DNA from: a virus
Taxonomy: Duplodnaviria > Caudoviricetes
Length of the DNA stretch: 64,000 bases
Virus record (IMG/VR): IMGVR_UViG_3300032373_000001
Reading direction: 5' to 3' (one strand)
Shown here: positions 9,235 through 18,285 of the stretch, piece by piece
How the letters are laid out: each line of letters begins with the position of its first letter
Position numbering within the stretch: the stretch's first letter is position 1
Notes under the pieces: model-generated
Told to the model about the DNA's origin: nothing
The model's input: the letters and a program-made list of their open reading frames with translations, nothing else
Databases searched by the model: none
Position numbers and translations under genes: made by a program

Positions 9235-9657
9235 ATGCCAAACTTCGACCGATGGACCCGCGAACAACTCATCGAGGCGGCCAAGAACAGGGCCAGCATG
9301 CCCGAGGGCTTGGAGGAGCTCTCCGACCGTCGCCTATTAGAGGTGATCGCAGTGAACCTGTTCCGGCGCAAGGAGACGGCCACCGCACTGGCTCAGGCGA
9401 CCCGATACTTCTGGGGAGTACTGGAAGAAAAAGGGCACATCAGCCTGCTCAAGGAATCAGTGATGAGGGTCCTTGCCCTTGATGTGCTTCGAGGGCTGGC
9501 TTCCGACGACTGGGACGACGAGTTCAACCTCAGTCGTCGGATCAGCCTCGACTACGCCGCATCAGTCGTCGGCATCGAAGACACCCCCGAGAACCGAACA
9601 CTCCTGCGCCGGCACCTGGAGGCCCTCCCCGAGTACATGGCGAGAAGGTTCCGCTGA
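9235..9657 (+). CDS. Hypothetical helical protein
   Basis: Start MPNFDRWTREQ with AAGAGGG RBS; 140 aa. Confidence 0.65.
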   Translation: MPNFDRWTREQLIEAAKNRASMPEGLEELSDRRLLEVIAVNLFRRKETATALAQATRYFWGVLEEKGHISLLKESVMRVLALDVLRGLASDDWDDEFNLSRRISLDYAASVVGIEDTPENRTLLRRHLEALPEYMARRFR

Positions 9658-9771
9658 ACTGTAGCGCCTACACCGTGGGGAACGAGGCAGACTACCCTGC
9701 GGAGGAACGCGGGCATTCTACAAAAGGGGGCTTGCTCTGAGGGTAAGGTAGACTGCTGCCGTGGAGGTCTT

Positions 9772-10758
9772 GTGAGCTACGATGTTGTCCTGGTCGACTG
9801 CATGAACCTGCTGCACCGAGCAGCGCATGCGTACCGTCACCTGTACGTCCAGACGCCCCAAGGGGGCATGATCGAGACGGGGCCTGCCTTCGGCTTCATC
9901 AACATGACCTTGGGCATCCACGAGAAGTTCTGCCGACCAGGCGGTCAGATGATCTTCTGCTGGGACGCAGGCTATCAGCACCGGCTGGAGATCCACCCCG
10001 GCTACAAGGCTTCTCGTCGAGAGAAGAAGGAGAAACCTCCCAAGGAGGATCGGGTCGCAATGGGTCCGCAGGTCCAAGCTGTTCGTAAGCTGATCGGACT
10101 GGCGGGATGGGCTCAGGCCAAGGCTTCAGGGTACGAGGCGGACGACGTGATGGCAGCACTCGCCGCACGACACCGCGACTCAAAGTCCGTTGCCATCTAC
10201 ACCGGGGATCAGGACCTCCACCAGAGCGTCCGCAACAACGTCCACGTCATCTCAGGCAAGTCCGGCAAGGAGACGGTGTGGACCCTGCGCGAGGTTCAAG
10301 AGAAGTGGGGGAACCCCCCGGAGCGGATCGCGGAGATGAAAGGGATCATCGGCGACCCCGGAGACGACATCCCTGGGTGCCCGAAGGTCGGGATGGTCAT
10401 GGCGAAGAAGCTGTTCGCCCAGTACGGCGGGGTCCGTAAGATTATCCAAGCCGCTCAGCAGGAAGGTGCGCTTCTCCAGGGGGAGTACAACGGGAAGTCC
10501 TGGAAGGCCAAGGCAGTGACTGCTAAGGTGGCGGCTCACGCCGAAGACATCCTCATGAGCTGGGAGCTGGCGAGGGTCATTGAGGACTGCGAAGTGCTGA
10601 TCCGTCAAGAAGACCCCAACCAGCCGGGACTGCGCAAATCCTTCAACTTCTTGGAGTTCAGCTCCCTGCTGATGCCTGACCGTTGGAACCAGATCCTTCA
10701 GGTGGCAGGCAAGGAGCCCCCCGCCCAGACAGGCCTGTTCGACCTGTTCCTGGCGTGA
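9772..10758 (+). CDS. 5'-3' exonuclease / flap endonuclease (Pol I 5' nuclease, T4 RNase H family)
   Basis: VLVDCMNLLHRA, YKASR, GYEADD, TGDQDL and H3TH motif GDPGDDIPGCPKVG; GGAGG RBS, GTG start. Confidence 0.92.
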   Translation: MSYDVVLVDCMNLLHRAAHAYRHLYVQTPQGGMIETGPAFGFINMTLGIHEKFCRPGGQMIFCWDAGYQHRLEIHPGYKASRREKKEKPPKEDRVAMGPQVQAVRKLIGLAGWAQAKASGYEADDVMAALAARHRDSKSVAIYTGDQDLHQSVRNNVHVISGKSGKETVWTLREVQEKWGNPPERIAEMKGIIGDPGDDIPGCPKVGMVMAKKLFAQYGGVRKIIQAAQQEGALLQGEYNGKSWKAKAVTAKVAAHAEDILMSWELARVIEDCEVLIRQEDPNQPGLRKSFNFLEFSSLLMPDRWNQILQVAGKEPPAQTGLFDLFLA

Positions 10759-11589
10759 TCAGCTGTCCAGCGTACTGATCTGAGTCACCGAATAGCTCAA
10801 CCGAAAGGCCGCTGTATTATCGGAGTTGGCAGTGCTCGTCTCCCCGAAGGTCATCAGCGCCAAGTAGACCGGGGAACCTTCCGGGAAGGGGGTGCCTTCG
10901 ATTCCGGAAGTGTCTGTCACGCCTTCGGACCGGACCTGAATTCGAGTCCCGTCAGGCTGGACGTTCTCAACCCCCGCGCACTTGACGGTCCGTTGCCGGG
11001 TGAAGTTGAAGTCGACATCACAATAGAAGGAAGCCGCCGAAGGGTCGTAGGAAGACCCTGATGTAGCTCCGACGCTCCTCGCAAAGGACCCATTGTTGAT
11101 CCGCTTGACAGAACAGCAAGGAAGGTTCCCCCCTGTGAGCTGAAACCCAAACCCGTAAGCAGTATCTCCGGAGACGACGGCCGAGTCGAAGATTCTGTGG
11201 GTAAGCATCGCCACCAACCCTTGGCGAGGATTGCCGTCATCCCCGAGGGAAGTGTAGCGGTCCACAAAGAGGCTGAGACGCACCTTGAAGTTGTCCCCCC
11301 AAGTGACCCCAGGAATCACCCAGTAATGGGTCCGGGCCACGGTCGGGTCCCGGCTGAACACCGCATCGTAGCTCACAGTGGAAAGCCCGGTCGATCCCGC
11401 AGTCTCCGAGTCGAGGTTGAACGCGGACGTCCCGGAGGTCGCAACGGAATCCCCGACCAACACGCGGGTCCACGAAGGGGCGGCAGCGGCTTCCCCCTCG
11501 GCCTCTTTCTCGTTGCCGTAGTCGACCGGGTTGAACCCGCCAGCGGGGTTGTTGCCTCGAAACTTGAGGTTGTAGAAGGGAACGCCCAT
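10759..11589 (-). CDS. Probable structural / beta-sandwich protein
   Basis: Ser/Thr/Gly-rich with aromatic beta-strand pattern. GGAG RBS favours MGVPFYNL at 11589. Its stop abuts the exonuclease stop (TGATCA). Confidence 0.55.
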   Translation of the reverse strand: MGVPFYNLKFRGNNPAGGFNPVDYGNEKEAEGEAAAAPSWTRVLVGDSVATSGTSAFNLDSETAGSTGLSTVSYDAVFSRDPTVARTHYWVIPGVTWGDNFKVRLSLFVDRYTSLGDDGNPRQGLVAMLTHRIFDSAVVSGDTAYGFGFQLTGGNLPCCSVKRINNGSFARSVGATSGSSYDPSAASFYCDVDFNFTRQRTVKCAGVENVQPDGTRIQVRSEGVTDTSGIEGTPFPEGSPVYLALMTFGETSTANSDNTAAFRLSYSVTQISTLDS

Positions 11590-11652
11590 GCCGTACTCCG
11601 GGAGAGTGGGGGTTGCTCTTGGTCCCCTACTCCCCATAGCCGGGCAACCGGC

Positions 11653-11811
11653 TCAGTCCCTATTGACGGACTCGCGCACAGTCTTGCAGGGAGTCTTCCC
11701 TGCAACTTCTCGGAGGGTCGTCTTGATGGCGTGGCGTTGGTCCGCCTGACGAGCAACGGCATCTTCTCCGGTGGCGTTGATCTTGATGGCGTGGTTGCGC
11801 TTCTCGTGCAT
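11653..11811 (-). CDS. Small 52-aa protein absent from the ORF track
   Basis: My translation: MHEKRNHAIKINATGEDAVARQADQRHAIKTTLREVAGKTPCKTVRESVNRD. GAGAGG RBS; fills the gap between co-oriented genes. Confidence 0.6.
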   Translation of the reverse strand: MHEKRNHAIKINATGEDAVARQADQRHAIKTTLREVAGKTPCKTVRESVNRD

Positions 11812-11820
11812 GGTATCCTC

Positions 11821-12300
11821 TCAGAGGCGGTTGTCGACAGAGTACCCGTTGAGGGCGGCTTCGTACCCATCCGCCTGTTCCGCCAGCAGGCTAACCCCAA
11901 CTTGGCGTTCTGTCGGGGGATTCGTCTCCCCCGACAGCTTGCGGAGCGCACCTACGAACTCCGGATAGTCGAATCTCCGCAAGAACTCTTCGGGGCTCAA
12001 CGGCTTCGCAGGCTCGTATGCCCCGGAGTATCCCTGGTGCTCCGAAGCGCACAAGAGGAGGGTGCCCAGCTGCCGCAGCGAAAGGCGGCTCGCAGCAAAG
12101 TCCAGCTCCGCTCCCATAGCCCCAAAAGAGTCCATGGAAAGGCTGAGGCGAGGACCCATCCCCGCATCGTACACCCGGAAGCTCACTCCCCCGTTACCGA
12201 CGTGGAAGTACCCCTCCTGAACCGTGCGACCCTGACCCGTGTTGCGTGCGACCTTGGCTACGCCCTCTTGCTCCAGGCTGTAGGCGAGCTTCTTTCTCAC
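11821..12300 (-). CDS. Hypothetical protein with leader family 1 (candidate head cargo)
   Basis: Starts MRKKLAYSLEQEGVAKVA; GTG start overlaps the upstream TGA. Confidence 0.7.
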   Translation of the reverse strand: MRKKLAYSLEQEGVAKVARNTGQGRTVQEGYFHVGNGGVSFRVYDAGMGPRLSLSMDSFGAMGAELDFAASRLSLRQLGTLLLCASEHQGYSGAYEPAKPLSPEEFLRRFDYPEFVGALRKLSGETNPPTERQVGVSLLAEQADGYEAALNGYSVDNRL

Positions 12301-12863
12301 TCGACGCCCCCGTCCTCGCTCATGTCACAGCTGATTGCCGGCAAGGTGAACAGGCCAGCCCCCGGCTCCTCGATCACAGAGATGATGTGAGGCTGGTATG
12401 CCTTCAGGCCCTCGATGAGCAGGGCTCCGACCTCGGCGACCTTCGGGTCCTCGGCGTCCTCTGCCAGCTTGCCCACCACGCTCAAGAGGGGGCTGATGCT
12501 CAGCTCCACGGCCAGGGGGATGTCCTTCCCCTCCAGTTCCTTCTCGCGGAAGGGCATGCAGGCGCTGACGTCAACGCCCACCGCCGGAATCTCGCAGACC
12601 CCGTCGCGGGCAGAGACCAAGGCAGCGCGAGAAATGTCCACCGAGGAAGAAGCGACCCCGCTGGAGACGCAGGCCACCCAGTCCTCCTGGGCGATCGCGA
12701 CTTCCTGGGCACCGACCGTTGCGGCCTTGAGGGTGGTCAGCTCCATGAGGATGGAGTTCCAGTCCTCGACGGTGCCGTCCCAGTTCTTGAGGGCCAGGAT
12801 GACTCCGACGACCGCCATCAGGGCGAGGGCCAGGGAAGGAAGATACTCGCGCAACTTTTCCAT
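12297..12863 (-). CDS. Membrane-anchored protein
   Basis: N-terminal hydrophobic helix LALALMAVVGVILAL, then an acidic domain with three Cys; AGGAG RBS. Confidence 0.7.
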   Translation of the reverse strand: MEKLREYLPSLALALMAVVGVILALKNWDGTVEDWNSILMELTTLKAATVGAQEVAIAQEDWVACVSSGVASSSVDISRAALVSARDGVCEIPAVGVDVSACMPFREKELEGKDIPLAVELSISPLLSVVGKLAEDAEDPKVAEVGALLIEGLKAYQPHIISVIEEPGAGLFTLPAISCDMSEDGGVE

Positions 12864-12904
12864 TTGGGGCTCCTGGTTTCAAGAACCCCGAGACCATAGC
12901 CAGT

Positions 12905-13369
12905 CTAATGCTGCTTGGTGTGCTCTTCCAAGTGCGGAGGAATCTGTGCATCCAAGATGCGGTAGTGGCGCGCGGCGTCCTCCGGGTCTACCAGGTCCGC
13001 TGCCTCCACCCACTCCTTGAGCCTCTCATCGAGGGGACTGAATCCCCGCTCACGGCGAAACAGGCCCTTGCCTACGCCGAGCAGCCGAGCCTGAGAACGA
13101 TGGGCGCGGTTCTGGGGGTCCCACCGCTGAAGCTCTGGGTCGTTGAGGATGCTGGGCATGCCCAGAGCCGCTGTGATGCCTGCCTCAGCATCCCCGGCGA
13201 CGTGGGACTCCACCCGGTTGCGGTAGAGAACCAGGGCCTCGGAGGCCACCTTCAGGACCCCCTCGACCAGCTGGGGGTTGCGCTCCAGGGTCTGACGAAG
13301 GTCGTCCAAGAAGTCGCGGTTCTTGCGGGCGGCAGCTAAGGTTCGGGCGTCCTGGTCGTCTTCGTACAT
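12905..13369 (-). CDS. Hypothetical protein
   Basis: 154 aa, AGGAGG RBS. Confidence 0.65.
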   Translation of the reverse strand: MYEDDQDARTLAAARKNRDFLDDLRQTLERNPQLVEGVLKVASEALVLYRNRVESHVAGDAEAGITAALGMPSILNDPELQRWDPQNRAHRSQARLLGVGKGLFRRERGFSPLDERLKEWVEAADLVDPEDAARHYRILDAQIPPHLEEHTKQH

Positions 13370-13440
13370 GGGTCGGGGCCTCCTGTTCGATGAGGCATTA
13401 CGGGTGACAGTAAACCCTCAAGCAAACCAGAGGAGGGTCT

Positions 13441-14229
13441 ATGAGAGCCAGGGAAGATCAAGTCCGAGAGCTGATCGAGGAGATCGAGCGCACCGTCAAA
13501 AGTATGGGGGCACCCTACATCTGGGGGACCTACTACCAGTACCAGACCCCCAAAAACAGGGTGCGCTACGGGCACGAAGACTGGGACAGGCAACGCATCG
13601 AGGCCGAAATCCAGAAGTACTGCGGGATACAACGGAGCTTCCTGCAGAGAACCCTCCGCATCCTGGAGGGCCCAGAAGTGGCTGCGTTCTTCGAGGCACA
13701 AGCTGAGGGGGCTGACGGGTTCCTGCGGAGCGCCCCGGACTTGGGAAAAGCCTTGGGAGCGACCCACCGCCTGTTGAATGGGGTACAGGTCGGCACCGTC
13801 GACCATGGCCGGTGGGGCAGGTATCCGACGATGCTGGACTTCAGCACGTTCCTCCATGGCATGGGGGACCTACTCAGCTACCTCAAGGGCTACAGACCCA
13901 GCGAGGGGCAGATCGAGAAGTACCACTGCCAGAAGTGCGGGAGGATGGGGGTCAAGCTGTGGCGGTACACCCACGACGGAAGCGAGGGCCTCTGCAGCTT
14001 CCACGCCACCGACCAGGCCGGGTTGAGGGACGAGATCGACGAGGTAGGGAAAATGGGCATGAAGATCCTCCCCGAGGACGAGTACGAGGAGCGGTCCGAC
14101 CAGATCTACAACCCTGAGCAGGGCTCCAACATGCTACCCTGGGTGCCGTGCCCGGTAGAAGGCACGTGGGGGTACTCCTCCGTCCCGCCAGAAGCCTGCC
14201 GATGGTGGAGGGAACTGCCCACCCGCTGA
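13441..14229 (+). CDS. Hypothetical protein with C-terminal Cys/His cluster
   Basis: GAGGAGG RBS; CQKCG...LCSFH and Trp-rich end WGYSSVPPEACRWW. Confidence 0.7.
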   Translation: MRAREDQVRELIEEIERTVKSMGAPYIWGTYYQYQTPKNRVRYGHEDWDRQRIEAEIQKYCGIQRSFLQRTLRILEGPEVAAFFEAQAEGADGFLRSAPDLGKALGATHRLLNGVQVGTVDHGRWGRYPTMLDFSTFLHGMGDLLSYLKGYRPSEGQIEKYHCQKCGRMGVKLWRYTHDGSEGLCSFHATDQAGLRDEIDEVGKMGMKILPEDEYEERSDQIYNPEQGSNMLPWVPCPVEGTWGYSSVPPEACRWWRELPTR

Positions 14230-14259
14230 GCCTACCTCCCCAGCAACGCATCGTACATG

Positions 14260-14598
14260 TCAGGGTGTACGAGGCATCGGGTCAGGGGAATGCCGCCGCC
14301 GCTCTTCGGGGGTGTCGTTCCCCCCGAACAGAGAAGCAACCTTCTCTTCCTGCTTCGAGCGCTTGACCCACCGCTCGAAGCAGCCATGCACACCAAGAAG
14401 AACGTCCAACTCCCGGACCTCGGCCGGTGTCAGGTGCCCGCGCTTCCTGTAGAGCTTGCCCAGCTGCCAACAGCGCTTGACTTCAGGGGTGGTCCCGTTC
14501 TTATGGAAGTCATGCCGCTCTTGGTCGGTCATGAATGGGGGCCAAGTGTCCTCGAAGGCCCCCATTCCAATACTCTCACGAAAGGTCCGGTTCGCCAT
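14260..14598 (-). CDS. Hypothetical protein
   Basis: 112 aa filling a gap with no better competing frame. Confidence 0.55.
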   Translation of the reverse strand: MANRTFRESIGMGAFEDTWPPFMTDQERHDFHKNGTTPEVKRCWQLGKLYRKRGHLTPAEVRELDVLLGVHGCFERWVKRSKQEEKVASLFGGNDTPEERRRHSPDPMPRTP

Positions 14599-14611
14599 AC
14601 ACAGGATTACC

Positions 14612-15136
14612 CTACTTCTTCTTCTTGCGGAGATTCTTGATACGCTTCCGCTCAGAGGCAGTCGCCCGCGTCAAGAGATGGATGTCCCCCGGCCGGTCGA
14701 TCGCCAGGTCCCAAGTACGCTGGCCTGCACCCCAAGAGGCCCGCACCGTGCAATGGTAGTCGCTGAGGGTGAGGATGGGACCTTCGGCCGCGCCGTCAAG
14801 CCAGCCATGCTCCGTGCGGGTCACCGAGACGACATCTCCGATGTTGAAGTCATCCGTGAACTTCCTCCGAGGAGTGCCGCCTGGGGGGTCAGGGAGCCTC
14901 GTGGGAATGCGACCCCCCAGCTCTGAAAAGCGGGCCGGGGGCTCTCCGACCACGTCCAGCCAGATCGAGTCCACCACCTTCCTGAGCACCTTGCGCTGCG
15001 GGCGACCGTCCGAAGTGCAAAACACTGCCACCGTCACCTGGGGGTGGTGGCCCTTCTTATCCTGCACCTCGAAGACCTTGGCGTACCAGCCCTTCTTCTG
15101 GGTATCCTTGACGATGTCTCCAACCTCGACCTTCAT
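14612..15136 (-). CDS. Hypothetical protein with two KOW/SH3-like units
   Basis: VEVGDIVKDT..GWY and FNIGDVVSVT..HGW; AGGAG RBS; basic C-terminus. Confidence 0.6.
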   Translation of the reverse strand: MKVEVGDIVKDTQKKGWYAKVFEVQDKKGHHPQVTVAVFCTSDGRPQRKVLRKVVDSIWLDVVGEPPARFSELGGRIPTRLPDPPGGTPRRKFTDDFNIGDVVSVTRTEHGWLDGAAEGPILTLSDYHCTVRASWGAGQRTWDLAIDRPGDIHLLTRATASERKRIKNLRKKKK

Positions 15137-15173
15137 CTTCCGCTCCTACGGGCGTCAGTCTGAGGTTACGGGA

Positions 15174-15815
15174 TCAGAACGTGATACGCCAAGTGATACG
15201 GAGACGAGCAGTCGCCGACTTGGTGATGACGCCGAAGGTCAGGTAGTTGCAAAGTATGTCCAGCGTGCTCAGGTCTACCGTGGTGTCCCGCGTGGGGTAG
15301 GTGTCGGGGTTCGGGTTGGTCACCAACGGGTTCGAAGAGATGGTAGCAAGGATGCCCATCTCATTCAGCGGGCCGACAGCCTCTGCCTCGTCGTAGGTGA
15401 CGGTCCAGTCCACGATGTTCGTGGGAATGGCCACCGCGTTGCCAGAGCTGTCCCGGAAGGTGTAGCTGCTGAACGCCTTCCGCTCGATCTCAGCGTTGAG
15501 CTTCCGCTGGTCCGGGTCGGGGGCGTCTGGGCTCAGGAGGGCTCCCGTTGCTCCAGTGCCCACCCCAAGCATGTTTGCCCCCAAACTGCGAGAGCTGGGG
15601 TCGGTGAACAGGATGGCCGCGAGGATGCTGGCATCGGCAGTGATGACGTTAGGGATGTGGCGAGACTCCAGGGTCTCGCCAGTCTTCCCATCGATGAGGT
15701 CAATGAAGACCTCACCCTTGGCCTTGCCGGTGAGGATCGAACCCAGCTCCGCGTAGGGCAGGGTCATCGCTACAGCGTGAGCATCACGCGCATGGGGAAA
15801 CTTGTCCTTGTGCAT
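15174..15815 (-). CDS. Baseplate / tail-fibre attachment protein (DUF3751-like)
   Basis: NVIT...LGVGTG...LNAEIERK...EAVGPLNEMGI...ITWRITF pattern typical of contractile-tail baseplate/fibre N-terminal domains. Confidence 0.7.
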   Translation of the reverse strand: MHKDKFPHARDAHAVAMTLPYAELGSILTGKAKGEVFIDLIDGKTGETLESRHIPNVITADASILAAILFTDPSSRSLGANMLGVGTGATGALLSPDAPDPDQRKLNAEIERKAFSSYTFRDSSGNAVAIPTNIVDWTVTYDEAEAVGPLNEMGILATISSNPLVTNPNPDTYPTRDTTVDLSTLDILCNYLTFGVITKSATARLRITWRITF

Positions 15816-15839
15816 ACAGGACCCTCAAGGATAGGGGAA

Positions 15840-16913
15840 TCAGCGGAGGTCGAGCGCGCTCAGGAACTTCTGGGCTTCCTTGACCACCGCCTTCGAGGTA
15901 TCTTCCCGGATGATGTAGCGGAGGTGCTGCGCCGACGTCGCGTGGTCTTGGACCGCCTTCTTTCGGGTAGCCCAGTGGCGGTCCATGTCCCAGGTGAACT
16001 TGGCATCGCGAATGGTCCGCGACACCGATTGAAAGCCCTCATCGGGGGAGGTGTCAACACGGACAGGAGACGCCTGGGCAACGGTGGCTGCCTGGGAATA
16101 GGCAGCATCGTACTTCCGCAGCAGGGCCTGGACCATCTTCTTCATGTCGGACTCCCGGTATCCGACGATGGACTCTTGGCCATCAACCCACCCTCGCAGG
16201 AACTGCGTCGAGTCCCGTGGCAGAGAGCGCTTCTCTTCCCGGTTGATGGAAGAGACCACCTGACCGTCATCCTCAGAACCCACGGTCGAGCTGCCCACCG
16301 ACACCGTGGCCTTGGGTTCCTCGAAGCGCTTGGTCTCCACTCGCTCGTAAACGCTGGTGACGGTGCCTCGCGGAGAGTTCAGTCGAGTGTTCTTGCCGAC
16401 CTCGACTGCCTCATGCTTGGCCGAGGTCTTCAGGCGACCGACCACCCGACCCTGGCCCGAGGCGGTGCCCTCCGTCTTGGAGACCTCCGCACCCGACGAA
16501 GCCATCTGATCCGACGTCTTGCCGGCGTCCTTGGCATAGCGAGTGGAGGGCACCCTCCCAGTGTTGGCCTTCCTCCGGATCGAGGAGATCGACCCTACCT
16601 CTCGGTTGTCGTCGTCCACCGTAGTGGTCTCGACCCGGCGGCGGGTTGGGGAATCACTCACGGCAGAGCGCATTTCCACCCCAGCAGCCTGCGCTTTGAA
16701 CAGGGGGGTCTTATCCCCAGTGTCCGGGACCAGCCAGGAGCCCTTGACCGCAGCTCGAAGCTGCGCCTTGGTCAAAGGTAGGGAGGCCCCGCCAGCGCGG
16801 GTGGCCTTCTCACCATTCCAGACGATGACCTCGCCCGGGTCGATGTATTCGAGGTTATCCCCGCCGATCGAAATGCGGTTCCCCAAGACCGACTTGTACC
16901 TTCCTGGATTCAC
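15840..16913 (-). CDS. Hypothetical protein (basic, low complexity core)
   Basis: 357 aa; GTG start overlaps the upstream stop. Confidence 0.7.
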   Translation of the reverse strand: MNPGRYKSVLGNRISIGGDNLEYIDPGEVIVWNGEKATRAGGASLPLTKAQLRAAVKGSWLVPDTGDKTPLFKAQAAGVEMRSAVSDSPTRRRVETTTVDDDNREVGSISSIRRKANTGRVPSTRYAKDAGKTSDQMASSGAEVSKTEGTASGQGRVVGRLKTSAKHEAVEVGKNTRLNSPRGTVTSVYERVETKRFEEPKATVSVGSSTVGSEDDGQVVSSINREEKRSLPRDSTQFLRGWVDGQESIVGYRESDMKKMVQALLRKYDAAYSQAATVAQASPVRVDTSPDEGFQSVSRTIRDAKFTWDMDRHWATRKKAVQDHATSAQHLRYIIREDTSKAVVKEAQKFLSALDLR

Positions 16914-17158
16914 TGACCATCCTCCGAATTCGTAGCGGCCGACAGCCCTCGACGGAGCTTGTCTTGCACCAGAGGCAAAAAGTCCGGTGCCACCCTCAGC
17001 CTACACACTACCCTTGCAACGGACTCTTCTCGCGAGAGCAAGCAGAAGTCCATCAGAAACTCAGACCCGTCCTGAATGATCCGCAGAGCATTGGCGTAGG
17101 TTCCTAAGATTTCCTCTTGAGGCACCTGGACCTCACAGGGGAGGTCTTCAAACTTCAT
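16910..17158 (-). CDS. DUF3467-like protein
   Basis: GTYANALRI...SEFLMDF signature. Confidence 0.7.
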   Translation of the reverse strand: MKFEDLPCEVQVPQEEILGTYANALRIIQDGSEFLMDFCLLSREESVARVVCRLRVAPDFLPLVQDKLRRGLSAATNSEDGQ

Positions 17159-17456
17159 CCCTGCCCTCCAGAGCGAGCGTCAACAGATCGCAGATGTAGC
17201 AGAAGGCTGCGGCCCCGAAGGCGAACACCACCGCTCCCGAAAGGGGGCAACCCCCAGCAGTCCAGCACACCACCCAACCTGCATGGAACCCCGTGCAGAA
17301 AGCGCACTCGAACATGCGCTCGAAGAGGTTCTTGCCTTCCTGAACCCGAACACGGAGACCGAACAGAAAACCGTTCAGGGCAGGCAATTTGCCCTGCATG
17401 AGGGCAAACGTGATGCCGTATGCTGCTAACAGCATCAGGAAATTCGATGTCGCCAT
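17148..17456 (-). CDS. Small membrane protein, DUF1360-like (holin candidate)
   Basis: Two to three hydrophobic segments around LFERMFECAFCTGFHAGW. Confidence 0.6.
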   Translation of the reverse strand: MATSNFLMLLAAYGITFALMQGKLPALNGFLFGLRVRVQEGKNLFERMFECAFCTGFHAGWVVCWTAGGCPLSGAVVFAFGAAAFCYICDLLTLALEGRDEV

Positions 17457-17483
17457 GGGGCCACCGTACCCGGCAGTACGCTC

Positions 17484-17975
17484 TCAGCGCGTCAAAGAGC
17501 GCACAATAACCGCCGCCGCCCCCAACACGACCCCGCTACTAACTCCGACTGCGACCCAAGACCGCGTCTTGTAGGTTTCGAGCTGAGACTCCAACGCCAA
17601 GCGACGGGTCCTTTCACTCTCCAGGGCTGCCGCCAGAACTGCGTCACCCTGTATCTGTTCGAGGCAGCGGTCCGCCAGCCCCAAGGTCTCATCGTACAGG
17701 TCCCAGTACTGAGCATCAAGCTCTTCGACCAACCCCTCGCAACGGCCCAGCCTCTGGGCCTTGAGGATGGCTGTGTCGTACATAGGTCCGGGGAGCAGGA
17801 AAGAGTTCTGACGGACCAACCGGGCCTCGTAGGTACCATCCCCCGCTTGGACCCACACCCAGCTCTGAGCCGGGAGCAGGAAGACTTCGTTTGGGACCGG
17901 GGGGCCCGGAGGCCCTCCGGAATCGGCCGGAGACTGAGCCAGGGCCAAGCTACCCAAAAAGATCATTGCCAGCAT
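17484..17975 (-). CDS. Secreted, C-terminally anchored coiled-coil protein (spanin-like candidate)
   Basis: Signal peptide ...SLALA/Q, coiled coil, C-terminal TM WVAVGVSSGVVLGAAAVIV. No lipobox Cys. Confidence 0.55.
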   Translation of the reverse strand: MLAMIFLGSLALAQSPADSGGPPGPPVPNEVFLLPAQSWVWVQAGDGTYEARLVRQNSFLLPGPMYDTAILKAQRLGRCEGLVEELDAQYWDLYDETLGLADRCLEQIQGDAVLAAALESERTRRLALESQLETYKTRSWVAVGVSSGVVLGAAAVIVRSLTR

Positions 17976-18273
17976 TGACCTTCTCCTGATCTGTCATGCC
18001 ACGAAGAATGTCGAGCTCTTCTCGACGGACCTGCTCTTCTTTCTTACGAGACTCCTCGACCCGTCTCCGGGTGATTTCAGCCGCAGCCTTGCTGGCCTCG
18101 ACCTCTCGAAGAGACTCGTCTCGCCTACGGGCGGCTTCTGCCAACATCGCCATCGAAACAGCCCCGGCTGCGGCCCCCTCCACCCCCTGCCCTTTATGAA
18201 ACAGGATAGCAGAGCCTGCTGCCAGGAGCAGAACAACAACAGCCACGAGGATCCATTTCTGAGTCGAAGTCAT
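17950..18273 (-). CDS. N-terminally anchored coiled-coil protein (i-spanin-like candidate)
   Basis: TM WILVAVVVLLLAAGSAILF then charged heptad region; overlaps the next gene by 26 nt. Confidence 0.55.
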   Translation of the reverse strand: MTSTQKWILVAVVVLLLAAGSAILFHKGQGVEGAAAGAVSMAMLAEAARRRDESLREVEASKAAAEITRRRVEESRKKEEQVRREELDILRGMTDQEKVNAGNDLFG

Positions 18274-18285
18274 CTCACCCTCCTC

